Below, piece by piece: positions 1-13,811 of a stretch of 64,000 nucleotides of DNA. The notes beneath the pieces were generated by a model. The model searched no databases. It was given only the letters and a program-made list of their open reading frames with translations, and had not been told where the DNA came from. Made by a program: the position numbers and the translations under genes. This DNA is from Octopus sinensis (Eukaryota): assembly GCF_006345805.1 (NCBI RefSeq), contig NC_043005.1, positions 90,830,001 through 90,894,000 of the forward strand. Direction: 5' to 3'. Every line of letters begins with the position of its first letter. The first letter of the stretch is position 1.

Positions 1-382
1 AAAGGCAGCGAGCCGTATTTCGTCTGCCGTTACGTTCTGAGTTCAAATTCCGCCGAGGTCGACTTTGCTTTTCATCCTTTCGGGGTCGATAAATTAAGTA
101 CCAGTAAAGCACTGGGGTCGATGTAATCGACTTAATCCGTTTGTCTGTCCTTGTTTGTTCCTTCTGTGTTTAGCCCCTTGTGGGTAGTAAAGAAATAGGT
201 ATTTTGTCTGCCGTTACTTTCTGAGTTCAAATTCCGCCGAGGTAGACTTTGCCTTTCAGCCTTTCGGGATCGATAAATTAAGTACCATTTACGCACTGGG
301 GTTGATGTAATCGACTTAATCCGTTCGTCTGTCCTTGTTTGTCTCCTCTATGTTCAGCCCCTTGTGGGCAATAAAGAAACAA
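1..382 (+). mobile_element. SINE family A, two tandem 5'-truncated copies
   Basis: B-box-like GAGTTCAAATTCC; core CTTTGC(C/T)TTTCATCCTTTCGGGGTCGATAAATTAAGTACCAG (resembles the Deu/Nin SINE domain, from memory); tail CCCCTTGTGGG..TAAAGAAA. About 10 copies in the window. Confidence 0.85.
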
Positions 383-614
383 AAATTCTGTGATCTGTCC
401 GTATTAAACGAAGCATTTTCCAATGTTCTTTTTCAGTCTTTTTTTTTTTTTTTGCCATTGATACAATTGTTATTGATATACTAGAAATAAGAACTGAATA
501 CAGACTTGGGAGAAAAAAGCTTCAGAGAGCAACTATCTTTTAATGGCCGACAATCTGTTCATTAAATCAGAAATTCAAGTTAATACACTTGTAAAATCTA
601 TGTGGTAGTTACCA

Positions 615-760
615 TGATATTGGGATAGAATTTGGCGTGCGAAAATGTACTGTAGTTAATTTCAAAAAGAAGTAGGAGTGAGACATACAGCGATATTCAG
701 CTGTTATCTGAAGAAAGTTGTTTTGAAGGTAATTGTTATAAATATCTATTCGTTTGTTGA
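615..760 (+). pseudogene. Degenerate non-LTR RT fragment (R4/Dong-like)
   Basis: Manual translation gives DIGIEFGVRKC and, after stops and a frameshift, CYKYL, resembling the region after YADD (IGMEFGxxKC...YKYLG). Confidence 0.35.
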
Positions 761-1222
761 AATGACAAGAACCATTTAGTCATCCTCAAGGATGACTGAT
801 GACATGACTTTCTTTAAAGTGAAGAAGGGTTGCACACATCAACCTCACTCTCTTGTCTGTGATCGTCTTCAGTCCAATAACAAGACCAAATCAAGACAAC
901 TAGGATGGAAACGGATGCAGTGGATGACCAAAATGTTTTATTTGCCTCATGTTGATCTGAATTCTGTTGTATACTGTATGTCGTCTGAAGTATATAGAGA
1001 TAACGTATAAACTATACACTGATACTTCAGACTGGCTGATTCGATTTCATTTTAGAAGTGACATTGACAAGCTGCAACAACGGCGAAATACATATCTGTC
1101 ACCTAGCTCTAAATTATATTGCGTTCTTTAACACAATACGTCTACAGAGATTTTTCCCAGTGAAAAACCGCAGCTTCTAGCCTTTCAATGACACACCAAG
1201 ATTAATCGTATTATATTGACGA

Positions 1223-1283
<61 letters not shown>

Positions 1284-1639
1284 TGTGTGTGTGTGTTTTG
1301 TGCGTGTGTATTGTGTGTGAGTGTGTGCACGCGTTTGTACGTATATTTATGTATGGATGTATAACAAAACTAATGTATAAACAGACAGTCAAGGTACCGA
1401 GGCAGTTTATAACATATTTATAATTATATAGCATATTGAAGAGAAATGCAAAGATAAATAAAAGAAATAAGTATATTGCAGAAAGTTAGGAATTATCTGG
1501 AATGTGAACAGTTCCAATAGTTCAGATGTAAACAGGTACACTTCAGGATAAAGTAGAAAAGAAATCCATAGTGTTGATGAGACATAGTTTGTTACGTAGA
1601 TCAATGGCACCACAAGTAAAACCTTGGCATTAATAGAAA

Positions 1640-1880
1640 TAAGGTGTACAAATTATCCTTTACAGCTGTTTCTAGAATGGTTGTGAAATTGATGCAGATC
1701 TCTGTATGTTGACTGCATCGCATACAGCAGCTCGATCGATACATTGCCTGTAGCCAATCTTCATTTGGACAGGCATCACATCTCTGCAATTTAAAGCTGG
1801 AGTTTAGGTGCACATTTTGATAGGAGCACTCTATGTACCTATTACCTTATGTCGTTTGACATCTTATTACCCACTACTCA
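1640..1880 (-). pseudogene. Highly degenerate RTE RT fragment
   Basis: Minus strand has remnants VVGNKMSND, WLQAMY and ELLYA, which resemble the RTE motifs in ORF 51061..51870. Confidence 0.3.
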
Positions 1881-2164
1881 CACACGTGACATCACTGATA
1901 TGTTAAATGTCATATACTACAAATTCCATCCTCAACTAAAACTTCTAATCACACCCTGACACCTGATCCATTTCCTACCCATCCTCTCCTCTCAATTTAT
2001 GACCTTCCCAATTCTCTATTCTGTGTTCTTTTCCATAGATTTTGTATGCAAACGTACAGATACAATAATCCCATTTCTTTTCAACTCTATCCATTCATAC
2101 ATTTACCTTTCCTGCTACCTCACTTTACATATCTCTCCTTCTCACCTTTTCTCCTTTTTTCTCC

Positions 2165-2213
<49 letters not shown>

Positions 2214-4142
2214 TCTTTCTTTCTCCCTTCTTTCTCCCTCTCTATACATATTCATCCCACTAATATAGTAGACAACTTACTGCTCCGATCATATAAACTG
2301 AAATATTTCCTTCAACTGGTTCATATTTTTAAATGTAGCAACTGAGGAGGATCTTACATAATGGATGCATTCCCTATTGTATATTATGCAGACCTGAAAT
2401 GTATGTATCAAAAGATTTCAAAATACTTCATTATTACAACTTATATATATATATATATATATACTGAGTACATTAAGGTCTAACACTATGTTATTAGCAT
2501 TTGTATGCTTAAGTGAAATAAAAACAATAACAACAACAATAATAATTGGGGACGGGAAGGATTTTGAGATTGGTACTTATATGTTAATCATGGAAAGAGA
2601 CTATGTGAGACTCTTGACAACAAGTTGTTGTCTACTCTTACAGAATTAGTCAGAACATGTAAAATCAAGAGCTCTGAGAAGTGGAATGAAAATAATAATG
2701 ATAATAATAATCCCCTAATATAATAATGAGTGTAGTGTTTTTATATGTTTATATATTTGTCCAAAATCACGCAGGAGTGAATGATGAAGGGAGAGGAGAG
2801 AAAATAGGAATTCAGTGAAGGAGAGGTAGTGAGAGTAATACTCATAACTCCAGGTCATCAGCGTCACTCGGGCTCATTAAAGATTTCACATAAGACACAC
2901 GCATGCTCGAAGAATTTCACATTTTTCCACTTTATTTCTAGCCCCAAATGGCTTATTTATTTTATATCTGACACTATGTCTTCCTCCATTTCTAAGTTGA
3001 GAGTAAAATTAAAGCAGCCCTGCAAAACACAACTGACCTTTACACACACACACACGCACAGAATGACAGCAGAGTGCACAACAAACATCAGCAAACTGAC
3101 TGTCAACTGTACTTTTGACAAGAGATGTCAATTAGTCTTTTACACCTACCAGGCCCGTTCATATTAGCCCAAGGTGTTAGATAACTTTTCGTTCCCTTAA
3201 GAATATTGTAGAATGGAAACTTTTCGTAGATTAGTATTTCCTAACCAGGAAAAAGAAGAAAGATCTTAAAAAAAAAACTCCCTTAATGGGAAACTTTGAG
3301 GTCACCACTACACCTCCCACCTTTCTTTTCAAGAAAAAAGTGGCTTGCAGCAGGTTTGGAGATCAGATACATTGAATGCACTTGAAAAACATTGTGGAAA
3401 AAATTATTCCACATCGATGTGCAAAATATTTACCAAAAGAATAAAATCTTGTACCGATTATACCTCTATTTTAATTAATTCAAATTAATGCGACTCATCG
3501 TGAAAAGGGACAAAATTTTTGTCGGTTGCCATCTGGGATAATTTTAGTAACAAATTCTAGTAAGATTCATTAAGAATTTCAATTTTAGTATTTATCCATA
3601 ATGTTATTGCTTTTACAACTGTCAATTAAATTTATCTGCCCATAAAAGTAAAATTTACTCAGCAAGATCAGCTAAAATTCCATAACTATAAACCAGTGGT
3701 ATATAAAGCACCCACTGACAAAATTTCAAATTCATATGTAAAAAATGTATAAATTTACAAGCAAATATTGTGAGCACTCGCCTTGAATCTTAATAATTTA
3801 AAATGACATGAATAAATGAGCATTACATTTGACAGATTAATATGACCACTAAAGATGTTTTTAGGTGTATTTTTTCTTACACAAATACACTCACATAACA
3901 CAGCCTCACTCAGTTGGGACTACATGTGTGTTACTTTCACATCATCATTCCATAAAATTTGTTTATGGGCAGAAAAATATTGAAAAATAACAATAGATGT
4001 GTGAGAAAGAAACTCCCAGGGAGGTTTTTAAGATGTGCTAAAAACAACAGCCAGGTCTCCCTTAAATCACACATTTTCCTCTGAAATTATTAATCTTTTT
4101 TAAACTGAAAATTTTTCTCACATGGGTTTTAAGGGCATACTC

Positions 4143-4437
4143 TCTTTACTCTTTTACTCTTTTACTTGTTTCAGTCATTTGACTGCAGCCATGCTGGAGC
4201 ACCGCCTTTAGTCGAGCAAATCAACCCCGGGACTTATTCTTTGTAAGCCCAGTACTTATTCTATTGGTCTCTTTTGCCGAACCGCTAAGTAACGGGGACG
4301 TAAACACACCAGCATCGGGGGACAAACACAGACACACACATATATACATATATACGACAGGCTTCTTTCAGTTTCCGTCTACCAAATCCACTCACAATGC
4401 ATTGGTCGGCCCGGGGCTATAGCAGAAGACACTTGCA
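4143..4437 (-). mobile_element. SINE family B, 5'-truncated
   Basis: Reverse complement of the family body ...CTAAAGGCGGTGCTCCAGCATGGC..CAGTCAAATGACTGAAACAAGTAAAAGAG, also seen at 19238, 36412 and 45415. Confidence 0.85.
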
Positions 4438-4439
4438 TA

Positions 4440-4690
4440 GTGAAAAAAAAGAAATGGCCAAATCGTTACAGACTGGGGTGGCGAGAAGGTGGCGATGGTG
4501 AAAAAAGTTTTTTTAATATTTTCTCTTTTTTTCGTGAAAATATGCCTCTCATCATTCTGAAGACTTTGGTGAAAAACAATAGAAAAAATCCCTGTCAAAA
4601 CGGAGAAATTCCAACTTATGTGGGCCGTCTGATCCAAGACTCCATTTCCCAGAAACACCTCCTCTTCCAAACATTTTGCCTACAAATTTC
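4440..4690. repeat. Unclassified interspersed repeat related to ~13900-14168
   Basis: Shared segment AAAAATCC..TCAAAAC.GA.AA...TCCAACTTATGTGGG at ~4585-4625 and ~14055-14096. The second copy ends in CTAG-T (14165-14169), which suggests a Helitron. Confidence 0.4.
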
Positions 4691-4703
4691 TTTGTAATCA
4701 TAA

Positions 4704-4739
<36 letters not shown>

Positions 4740-5239
4740 TATGTATTATGTATGTATGCATGTATTATGTATTTGTATGCATGTGTATGCATGTATGTGT
4801 AGTATCTGTTCCTGTGTGTAAGTTCAGATTTTTCATGTTTTCACATGTGTTCATGTTCTGGGTTGTTCACACGGTGACATTTTTTTACTAGTTGTCTGCA
4901 TAGACATGTTTGGTATGTATGGTGTTCAACCATCTGAGAGATGATTACCTTTCTTGGAATCAAGTGGGGTTTCTCTATAAGAAGGCCATCCAGCCAACGA
5001 AAATTCATGCTTGTCTCTAACCTATGCGAACATGGAAAAATAAACTTTAAAATGATGGTGATGACAATAATATTGGTGATAACAATAGTGAGGACAAAGA
5101 TGATGATGATGATGACAACGACAATGATGATGATGATATAATTATAATTATCATCATCATTATTATCAGTTTAGTCAAGGCTGTGAGCTGGCTGCTTAAC
5201 GACATTTCACCCATCTTTACATTCTGTTCCAATTCTACC

Positions 5240-5508
5240 GAGGTCAGCTTTGCCTTTCATTCTTTCAGGGTCGATAAATTAAGTAGCAGTGAAGCACTGG
5301 GTTTAATGTAATCCACTGGTCCCCTCCCCACAAATGCCAGGCCTTGTGCCTACAGTAGAAAGGATTATTGTCAATTTAGCAAGTTGGCAGAATTATTAGC
5401 ATGCCTTTCACCATTTCGTCAATATATACCAGTTACATACTGAGATCGATGTAATTGACTAGCAACCTCCTTCCAAAATTTCAGGTCTTTATGCCTTTAG
5501 TAGAAAGG

Positions 5509-5561
<53 letters not shown>

Positions 5562-6215
5562 AATTAAAAGAAGTCTGCCAGTGATATTTAGTGAATGATA
5601 TTTCAACATCTTGTGTGTCTTCAACTGGTTCAAAAATTAAATTTGTCAATCTACTTTATTTTGGTTGATATAGAAAGGATTGAGGTAACTCCTCCTGAAG
5701 ATATAGAGTCAAAATTAAAAGAAGAGTGCCATTGTCATCTAGTGAATGATATTTCGATATTATTTAAGGTGGCAAGCTGGCAGAATTGTTAGCACACCAG
5801 GAGAAATGCTAAGTGGTATTTTGTCTGCTGCTACATTCTGAGTTCAAATTCTGCTGAGGTCAATTTTGCCTTTCATCCTTTTGAGGGTCAATTAAATAAG
5901 CATCAGTTATGCACTTGGGTCAACTTACCCCCTCCCCTCAAATTTCAGGCTTTGTGCCTATAATAGAAAGGATCATTATTATTATGTAAGGCAGCAAGCT
6001 GGCATAATTGATAGCATGCTGGACGATATGCTTAGCAGCATTTCATCAATTTCTATACAATCTAAGTTCAAATCTGCTGAGGTCAGCTTTGCCTTTCATC
6101 CTTTCAGGGTCAATGAAACAAGTACCAGTTGAGCACTGGGGTCTATGTAATCAAATTACTCCCCCACCCCACCCCACCAATAAAATTTCAGGCCTTGTGC
6201 CTGTAGTAGGATTAT
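5240..6215 (+). mobile_element. Cluster of about 4 degenerate family A SINEs with an (ATT)n tail
   Basis: Repeated GGTCA.(C/T)TTTGCCTTTCAT.CTTT..GGGTC cores at ~5245, 5860 and 6080; tails AGAAAGGATTATTATT. Confidence 0.7.
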
Positions 6216-6224
6216 TATTATTAT

Positions 6225-6670
6225 CATTATTGAGTAAGAGAGCAATGCATGTCATCAAAGTGACACTGGGGTACAAATATAAGATGCCCAATATACCCAT
6301 CATTACTACTCATCTGATAAGGATACACCAGGCACATGCATCACAACCATATGTGCATGATATGGTGATCTCATATCAACATATGACCTTGCCTCTAATT
6401 GGGGCCCAGTTAGAATTTTCTTCAGGTCAAGTTGTCCATTCCACTCAAAAGGCCCCTGAATAAGGTTTGCTTCAGGATGATGAAACCATGTTTCCAGAGG
6501 TGAATAATTCAAACCTTAAAGAATTCCTCTCAACACATGGCTATGATGCTCCCCAACTACTCCTGCTTGTGATCAGAGATGCACACATGTCATCAGCCAC
6601 TGAAGGTCAAGCAACTGACAAGCAAATCTGTGGTATTGAGCAGAATATTTGCTGTAGCCCAACTTATATA
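6225..6670 (-). mobile_element. Degenerate LINE 3'-end fragment
   Basis: Minus strand ends ...GTACCCCAGTGTCACTTTGATGACATGCATTGCTCTCTTACTCAATAATGATAATAAT, a simple-repeat tail typical of LINE 3' ends. Recognised from memory as a common octopus repeat. Confidence 0.45.
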
Positions 6671-7428
6671 TGAAGACAAAACATGTTCATCAAAACACTT
6701 CCAATCAATTAAGATTGGAAGCCTGGTACTGTGCATAATATTGATAAAAGAAATCATTATTTTATTGTCTTTTGTCAATTTTTCTTAGTTCTCATATTTT
6801 AGTATTGGATTTATATTTTAGCTTTTTGCCCCACATGTTTTGTAACAGCCCTCTGTATAACGTTTTCTCACTGCCAATATAGAAGATATTATTGTTTATT
6901 GCTTTTTTAATTTTATATTATGAACTTTGTTTCATTTTTTCCATGAACTACACTGACAAGATAAAATATCTGTAATCAGTACAGACTTTGAAATCTGATG
7001 CAAATAGCAGTAACTAGAGGGATGGGGAGAGAGGGTAGAAGTAGGTGATTGGAAGAGGAGGAGTGGGCTTAGACATAAGATAGAAGAATGGATTAAATCA
7101 GATTAACACAATTATTATAATGATAATGACAATAATAGCGTTAAAGGTGTTGTTGTCATTGTTGCTGTTACTTGTTATGGTGGTGGTGGTTTTGGCAATG
7201 GCGGCGGCGGTGGCAGTAGCGATGGTGGTGGTGGTGGTGGTGGTGGTGGTGGTGGTGGTGGCAGCAGTGGTGATCTTGAGGGTAGTGATGATGAACTGAA
7301 ACACTCACCCTATTCACCTCAGATTAAAAACAGTAAAGTACCCAGATAAGTGTAGTGGGGTTTAAAACAGAAGAAGAGGAAATATTAAAGCAAGCTATTC
7401 TTGTTCTCTTACATCCGGGTTTATCAAT

Positions 7429-7470
<42 letters not shown>

Positions 7471-7719
7471 ATGCTACTACTGTTGCTGCTGCTGATGCTG
7501 TAACTTGTTCTTGTTTTTCTTTCTACTTATTTTTTCTTTTCCTCCTCTCTACCTGTTCTTTACACTATCATGTCTGTCCCTTCATACAGGACCTCCCAAA
7601 GTATTTTTCTACATATAAACACACACACACACATGTATGTCTGTGTGTGTGTGTATGTGCATGTAAATAAGCATCAAAGGTCCTTCACAAGCCACAAGCT
7701 CTAAAGTCCCTTTCCCTGA

Positions 7720-7905
7720 TTCTGTAGCATATGCATTCTATCTGTAGGTAGAATGCTAGTCCACTGCAGGATTATTCAGTTTTGCCAGTTGAGTGGACTG
7801 GAGCAATGTGGAATGAAATGTTTTGCTCAAGAACACGATGCATCACTCAGTCCAGGAATTGAAACCACAATCTTACAATCATGACTGCAACACCCTAACT
7901 ACATG
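7720..7905 (-). mobile_element. Degenerate tRNA-derived SINE
   Basis: Minus strand has A/B-box-like TAGTTAGG and GGTTTCAATTCC, followed by GTGTTCTTGAGCAAAACA; a related copy lies at 32025. Confidence 0.45.
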
Positions 7906-7922
7906 CCTCCATAAATAAATAG

Positions 7923-8024
<102 letters not shown>

Positions 8025-8110
8025 TATATATATACATACTAGCAGAGATACCCAGCGTTGTCCGGTTACATTCAATAGAAGAATTAGACTTTTCTGTTAT
8101 ATATACATGG

Positions 8111-8145
<35 letters not shown>

Positions 8146-8231
8146 TATATGTATATTAATATAAATACATGAAAGTACATGAAGTTTGTTAAAAAAAAGG
8201 GGATCATGTATATACCTCCTGGCTGTTGAGA

Positions 8232-8711
8232 TTACAACACCTTGTTGTAAACAATGTTCCTTGTTTTTCCTTGTGGAGCATATACAAAAAGGTTTCTTTT
8301 GGTTCCTACTCTTGAGCAGCCAACATACAGTTGCCTATGCGAGAAGCAGGGCTCTTCCAAGAGAAGACCAGCTACAGAGAGGGTTTGACCCTGAGATTTG
8401 TTAATGGACATGGCAAAGCTGACACGAAGGGGGAATTGCAGTCTTCTGAATGTAAATGGAATTTCTGCTCCTGATGGAGTAAGAGGAAATCTTGGAATAA
8501 AGACATCATCACCTTTTCCACATCTGGAAAGAATGATTGCCTCGATAACGTGTGACATCATTTTCTTTATCACCAGTCGTGTTCCATTGCAATGTCTTGG
8601 TGGTTCCAGATTGCGGAGTAGCATTACAGGAGTTCCAACTTTAAGTGGTAATATGTGTGGAGGTAGTCCAGGAGGCTCCAGTGAATTGAGAAATTCAGGA
8701 GGATAGTTCAC
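8232..8711 (-). pseudogene. Helitron RepHel PIF1-family helicase, C-terminal part
   Basis: ORF contains [70 protein letters not shown] and KT.NIVY..VL. Confidence 0.92.
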
Positions 8712-8775
8712 AACTTCATTTATATTTGTCCCTCGCGTTGGCGTACACTGTTAAGAATAGTTCAGTAGGCCTGCA

Positions 8776-9037
8776 TCCCAGACAATTACATAACACATTT
8801 TAAGTACTTGTCCCTGATCTGAGATTTTGTTGATGTTGCATGAAGGCATTTCGGATGCTGCTAAATTGAGAGGGAGTTTAAAAGTTGAGTGTGCTGTCCT
8901 GCCACCGGGTAACAAAGTAGCTGCAATGCCAGAGGAGGCTACAGCTACTGCAATGTCCTGATGCTACCTAACTTCTGCAAGGAGAAGCTTTGTAATAAAT
9001 GTTTTTCCTGTCCCTCCAGGAGCATCGAGGAAGAAGA
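8776..9037 (-). pseudogene. Helitron helicase N-terminal remnant (Walker A to Walker B)
   Basis: Manual translation IFFLDAPGGTGKTFITKLLLAEVR*HQDIAVAVASSGIAATLLPGGRTAHSTFKLPLNL...VIVWD; GGTGKT lies at 9017-9000. Confidence 0.85.
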
Positions 9038-10156
9038 TTTGTCCCTTGCGTTGGCGTACACTGTTAAGAATAGTTCAGTAGGCCTGCAGCTGGTCCGGAA
9101 GTAATTTAGGCTCATTTTCAACAATGTACTTTGAAAGCGCTTGAGTGTCGTAGATGCTGCTAAATTGAGAGGGAGTTTAAAAGTTGAGTGTGCTGTCCTG
9201 CCACCGGGTAACAAGGTAGCTACTGCAATGTCCTGATGCTACCTAACTTGATATCGCTAGTGATAACAATACTCAAAATATATAACAGACTGGAATTGTT
9301 AGCCCGTCTCTTGTAGTTTCGATCAATTGGATCTTGTCCTCCCTCTTGTATGGAAGTGTACGGCTGCAGCGAAATTCATTTCTGGACTTTCTTCTATCGA
9401 AGGCATTTTAACAAAAATGCTTCCGTAAAGACGGTGAAAATATTGTCAATTTCCCCAAACAGGGACACAATTCAATTTTTAAACAATAACCAAAGCCCCT
9501 TCTCCAAAAGGGGGAGGGTTACGGTTTACAATTATTTAACAAATGCAACACAACAACGTTTCCCTAACGAGGAACCAACAAACGTGATTACAATAGTCAA
9601 ACAGTAATAATAATAACAACAAACCTTTTTAATTTATCCCCATTTATGTGAACCCACTTATTCAAGTTCAAGTCATTGATGCAATTTTATACGAATTGCT
9701 AATACACACACACACATAATAAGGGTTAAAAATTGAATATTAATTTGATTAATATGAATTGAAAACCAGTGGTGTAGCATATAAGACATTAGCGGATCTT
9801 CCTCTAGCAAAAAGGACGACCACTATTAATGGCTCATCCCTGTTATATAATACTTTCACTTTAACAATTTCACACTTGCAAAGAGAAAGTAGGAGAAAGT
9901 GTGGTGGTAATGGAAGGAGTGAAGCACCTGAAATGAGAGAGGCAAATCGTAAAATATTGAGTTTACTCGAATTTTTGCTTAATTCGGGGTCAAATTGAAA
10001 AAACTTTACATGCCATGACCCAATCGAATCTACTTGGAAAAATCATAGGTAAATTCCAATTGAAGAAATTCTATATTGTAGAATTGTATTAAAAAGAAAC
10101 ATGGGAACAGGCAGAGAAAATCTGCCTTTTATCATAAGATATATATATATATATAC

Positions 10157-10219
<63 letters not shown>

Positions 10220-10240
10220 CATAATACATACATACATACA

Positions 10241-10271
<31 letters not shown>

Positions 10272-10799
10272 TACATTCAGATATATATGAAAACTATGCT
10301 GGTATGGTCACATGATGCATATGGATGAGGACAGCAGAATAAATAGCTCTTTGTTTTACTGCTGTTTGCAAGTAAGGTCCTACCTCAAAACACTAATGCT
10401 CTAGTAAGATCCATGCTTTTTGTAAAACAGGTATCAGGGTTATTACAAACATATATAGAAGACTCTTGCATCTTTGTAATGTTAATTTTTCTTCAGCTTA
10501 TACTTGCTATGAAAACAGCAAATGTTTTGGTTCATCTTAATTTTTTTCCTATTAGATAAGTTGCTGTGTTTATATTCCATGGGGAAATAAGGATTTATAA
10601 GATTTATAAAAATCTTAGCAATGCTGGATCAAACTACTATACTATATGGTTTTTGTTTTCACCAACAATGTTCTTTCCATCACAGTCAAAGAACTTGCAT
10701 CTGTACTACTCAAACTTCTTAATCTCACACTCTCTATAACGATATACCACGGCATTTGGAAGCATGTTTTAATGTGTCCTATTCCATAGAAAGGCGATA

Positions 10800-11750
10800 C
10801 CTCTGACAGTATTGACAATATTGTCCTATTTCTCTTAATTCTGATATCTCTAAGGTAATGAAATCAGTCATTAACAATGACTTGAATCTCTCCTTTCTCT
10901 CCTCAGGGACTACCAGTAATATTTCCACAAAGCCTCTCTGTTTATATTCAGTGGAGGTTTATCTGTTTATATCACTTACTCATGGGCTTTTAGTTGAAGT
11001 GAAAACAATGTTGTTGTCCTAAGTATCAGTAAATCCTTCAACCATATCTAGAAAGCAGATTTCCTATCAAAGCTTCCTATATACAGGCTCCACCTGTCTC
11101 TCATTTCTTGAATCAGTAGCTTTCCATTAGATTGTACCATCATGGTATACATTGATAGAGCTTTTGCTGACACACACTGAATTAATTTTGGTGTACACAT
11201 AGGTGCTGTTTTGAGCTTTACTCACTTCCTTTTATTTATCAATGACCTAGTTATGGCCACATCCAACAATGCCCACTCTTATGCAAATGATGCAACCATA
11301 CAACCACACATCACCCACATACAGCCCAGACACCACATGCCAAACTTGCATTGATTCCTTCCATGAACAGAGATCTTTTGAGCATCCTTGATGAGTGGGG
11401 AAGAGGACTATGCCAATCCAATCTCATTTAACAAGAAAACAAAATGTTATTCAAATGAGGAAAATACAACTACAACACACATTCTAAACATAACTGACAT
11501 TCAACTAAAGCCTTCTTAGTCATTCTTAATGCTGGGCCTTACTAACACCAAATATTTCTCTTGACAGAAGCATGCTCTTAATACATCCACAAAATTATCT
11601 CTTCTCTTCAGAAAGGTGGTGGATTAGTACTGTTTTATGCACACAGACATCAAGAGAAGCACTCGACTGACTGGCATTAAATCACTAACAGACACACTCC
11701 ATCCTCTAGCCTACAGACCTACATGCTATCTCCTCCCTCTGTCTTTCCTG
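10800..11750 (+). pseudogene. Degenerate LINE RT (CR1/Jockey-like)
   Basis: Remnants GAVLSFTHFLLFINDL (~11202-11250) and YANDAT (~11279) correspond to QGSVLSPxLFxxFINDL and YADD; many stops. Confidence 0.5.
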
Positions 11751-12295
11751 TCATAAAATAATGGTTTCTTTTCCTTGGAACTGGCTGATCTTCCTTCATT
11801 CAGGCACCCTGGAACACACATCTCTCAATTTCTCATCATCCTTGCTGTGAGTCTGCCTGTACAACATCATCATCACCAACATCGCCATCCTTATCTCACA
11901 CACACACACCCTACACATACATATGTGTATGATAATATTCCATGGAGTTTCCTTCGACTGATTTATCACAAGGCATTAACAAACCAGAGGCCACAGTAAA
12001 AACACTTGGCCTTGATGCCTTGCAGTGGGAACAAATCTGGACCCATGCAATTTCAAAGCAAACTTCTTAATACATCATGTCTGTATGCGAGCACACACAC
12101 ACACACATGCACACAGACTTCTTAACGTTTTGTCTCCCTAAGATAAATAATTTTTACCCAATATTTATCATTTACCAAAGTTTGCCAATATTTTTTTTCA
12201 GGCAGAAGCAATTTGAAAACTCCCCAAAGCATTTACTAGTTCAAACACGATGTTGTCATTTCCCATCGCTTTTTCATTTTTCATTTTGTCCATAA

Positions 12296-13030
12296 CCTGC
12301 TTGATTTCAGCTGCTGTAATCATACGGCCATCCATCGGATTGCTTATCTCTGGTTTTTCTTTCCTTCCATCGTCAGCGTAGAGGCCTTTGACGTCGGTCC
12401 ACCTTCTCTTGACATCAGAAGTGTTCCATCTTCGTCTTTAATACAGCCTGTCAGATTTTTCTTCCTCCTAAATATAGCCTGTCTAACCTTTTTCATGCAT
12501 CATTAGTGCATCTTTCTTCTCCACCTCTTCAACCTCTTCACAACACCCCTCCAGATATTCTTCCTTTGCCTTTTTGGCACATCTTTCGAATCTCTTTGTT
12601 CAATTGTCTGTACATCTCCAGGTCATTCTTTGCCAGCCTTCTCTCATCCATCCCAGGAAGTATCTCTTGCGTCATCCACTTATTTATCATATTTCTTCCA
12701 GTTTCCGGAAGCCATTCCTCCACTGCCTTTATCAGTGCATTCTGCAGGAATTTCCATTCATCTTTCTCCTCTGACTGTAGTATTCTGTGATACTATGGCG
12801 TTTTGACAAAATCCTGATATCATTGTCTAGGTTTAGCAGCTTTAACTGTAGTCAAGGTGCAACCATCTTCCGATAGATTTTCTTTAATTTCAGTCTGATT
12901 TTTCCACTAAGCAATATATGATCAGTGTCACAATCAACTCCTGGATACATCCTGACACTTTGCACTGAATTTCGAAAGCATTCACTTATCAAAATGACAT
13001 CAATCTGATTTTGGCATATTTTGTGATATT
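12296..13030 (-). mobile_element. RTE LINE fragment (APE C-terminus plus linker)
   Basis: Minus strand QNQIDVILISECFRNSVQSVRMYPGVDCDTDHILL (APE motif), followed by ORF 12538..12723 KWMTQEIL..MDERRLAK...YRQLNKEIRKMC. Confidence 0.8.
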
Positions 13031-13570
13031 ACACGTGTTTATAGATTTTACTTTATTTACAGTTGGCAGATTTATCATAGAACTGTGAGGTGTACATTCA
13101 AATTGAGGTGAACAGTGGTGAGAAGAAAGGTGTGATAGTAGTAGTGGTTATGGTTGTAGCAGTAGAATATTATGGCAATGATGATGATGATGATAATAGG
13201 TCAGTTGTAGTATTCAGAGAAAATGAAGAATGTGGATAGCTGGATAGTGAAGGGCTTTTCAATGTGAAGTTTAATAGGTCATCCATTGTGTTAGTTTTGA
13301 GGATCGGCTGCTGCAGCTGCTGCTGCTGCTGCTGCCGGGGTCAATTTGCTCAACTAAAGGCGGTGCTCCAGCATGGCCACAGTCAAATGACTGAAACAAG
13401 TAAAAGGGTCAAAAAGTAAACTTTAAACCTCTGTAATATTTACCTAAAATTTTTCTGGAATAAATGAATCCCCAAATCAGAATCAGCATGAAAAAGTACA
13501 TCAGTATGCAAAATTTGAAAATTTTCACTTAATTTTAAAATATTGAAATCTGTGACAGCAATAGAAAAGA

Positions 13571-13627
<57 letters not shown>

Positions 13628-13811
13628 ATTTGTCAACTTCATTTTTTCCCTTTTCTCGTTGTAAACTTCCCCCACCCTCAATATATTTTCACCACACTCT
13701 CTCTTGATCTGTATATGTATCTCACTACTACTGAGTGTGTGTGTGTGTGAATGTGTAGGGAATTTCATTAGGGTGATAGAGTAATTTAAAAAAGGTATGT
13801 AAAAGATAATT

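Larger units (their letters stand above)
8039..10139 (-). mobile_element. Internally deleted Helitron (~2.1 kb)
   Basis: 3' end CCGGACAACGCTGGG hairpin remnant plus CTAG|T at 8042-8038; putative 5' A|TC at 10139; PIF1 helicase remnants inside. Confidence 0.85.

Noticed and set aside
2281-2393. Minus-strand exon with cag acceptor and gtaagt donor
   Set aside because: Stops in all three frames; only a non-coding exon is possible and there is no further evidence.
6008-6463. 151-aa ORF as a host gene
   Set aside because: It reads through a family A SINE and an antisense LINE tail.
7309-7317. 9-nt minus-strand microexon (VNR)
   Set aside because: The donor is good, but it requires a rare GAG acceptor.
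8232-8711. Host PIF1 helicase gene
   Set aside because: Intronless fragment with rearranged upstream motifs, enclosed by Helitron termini.
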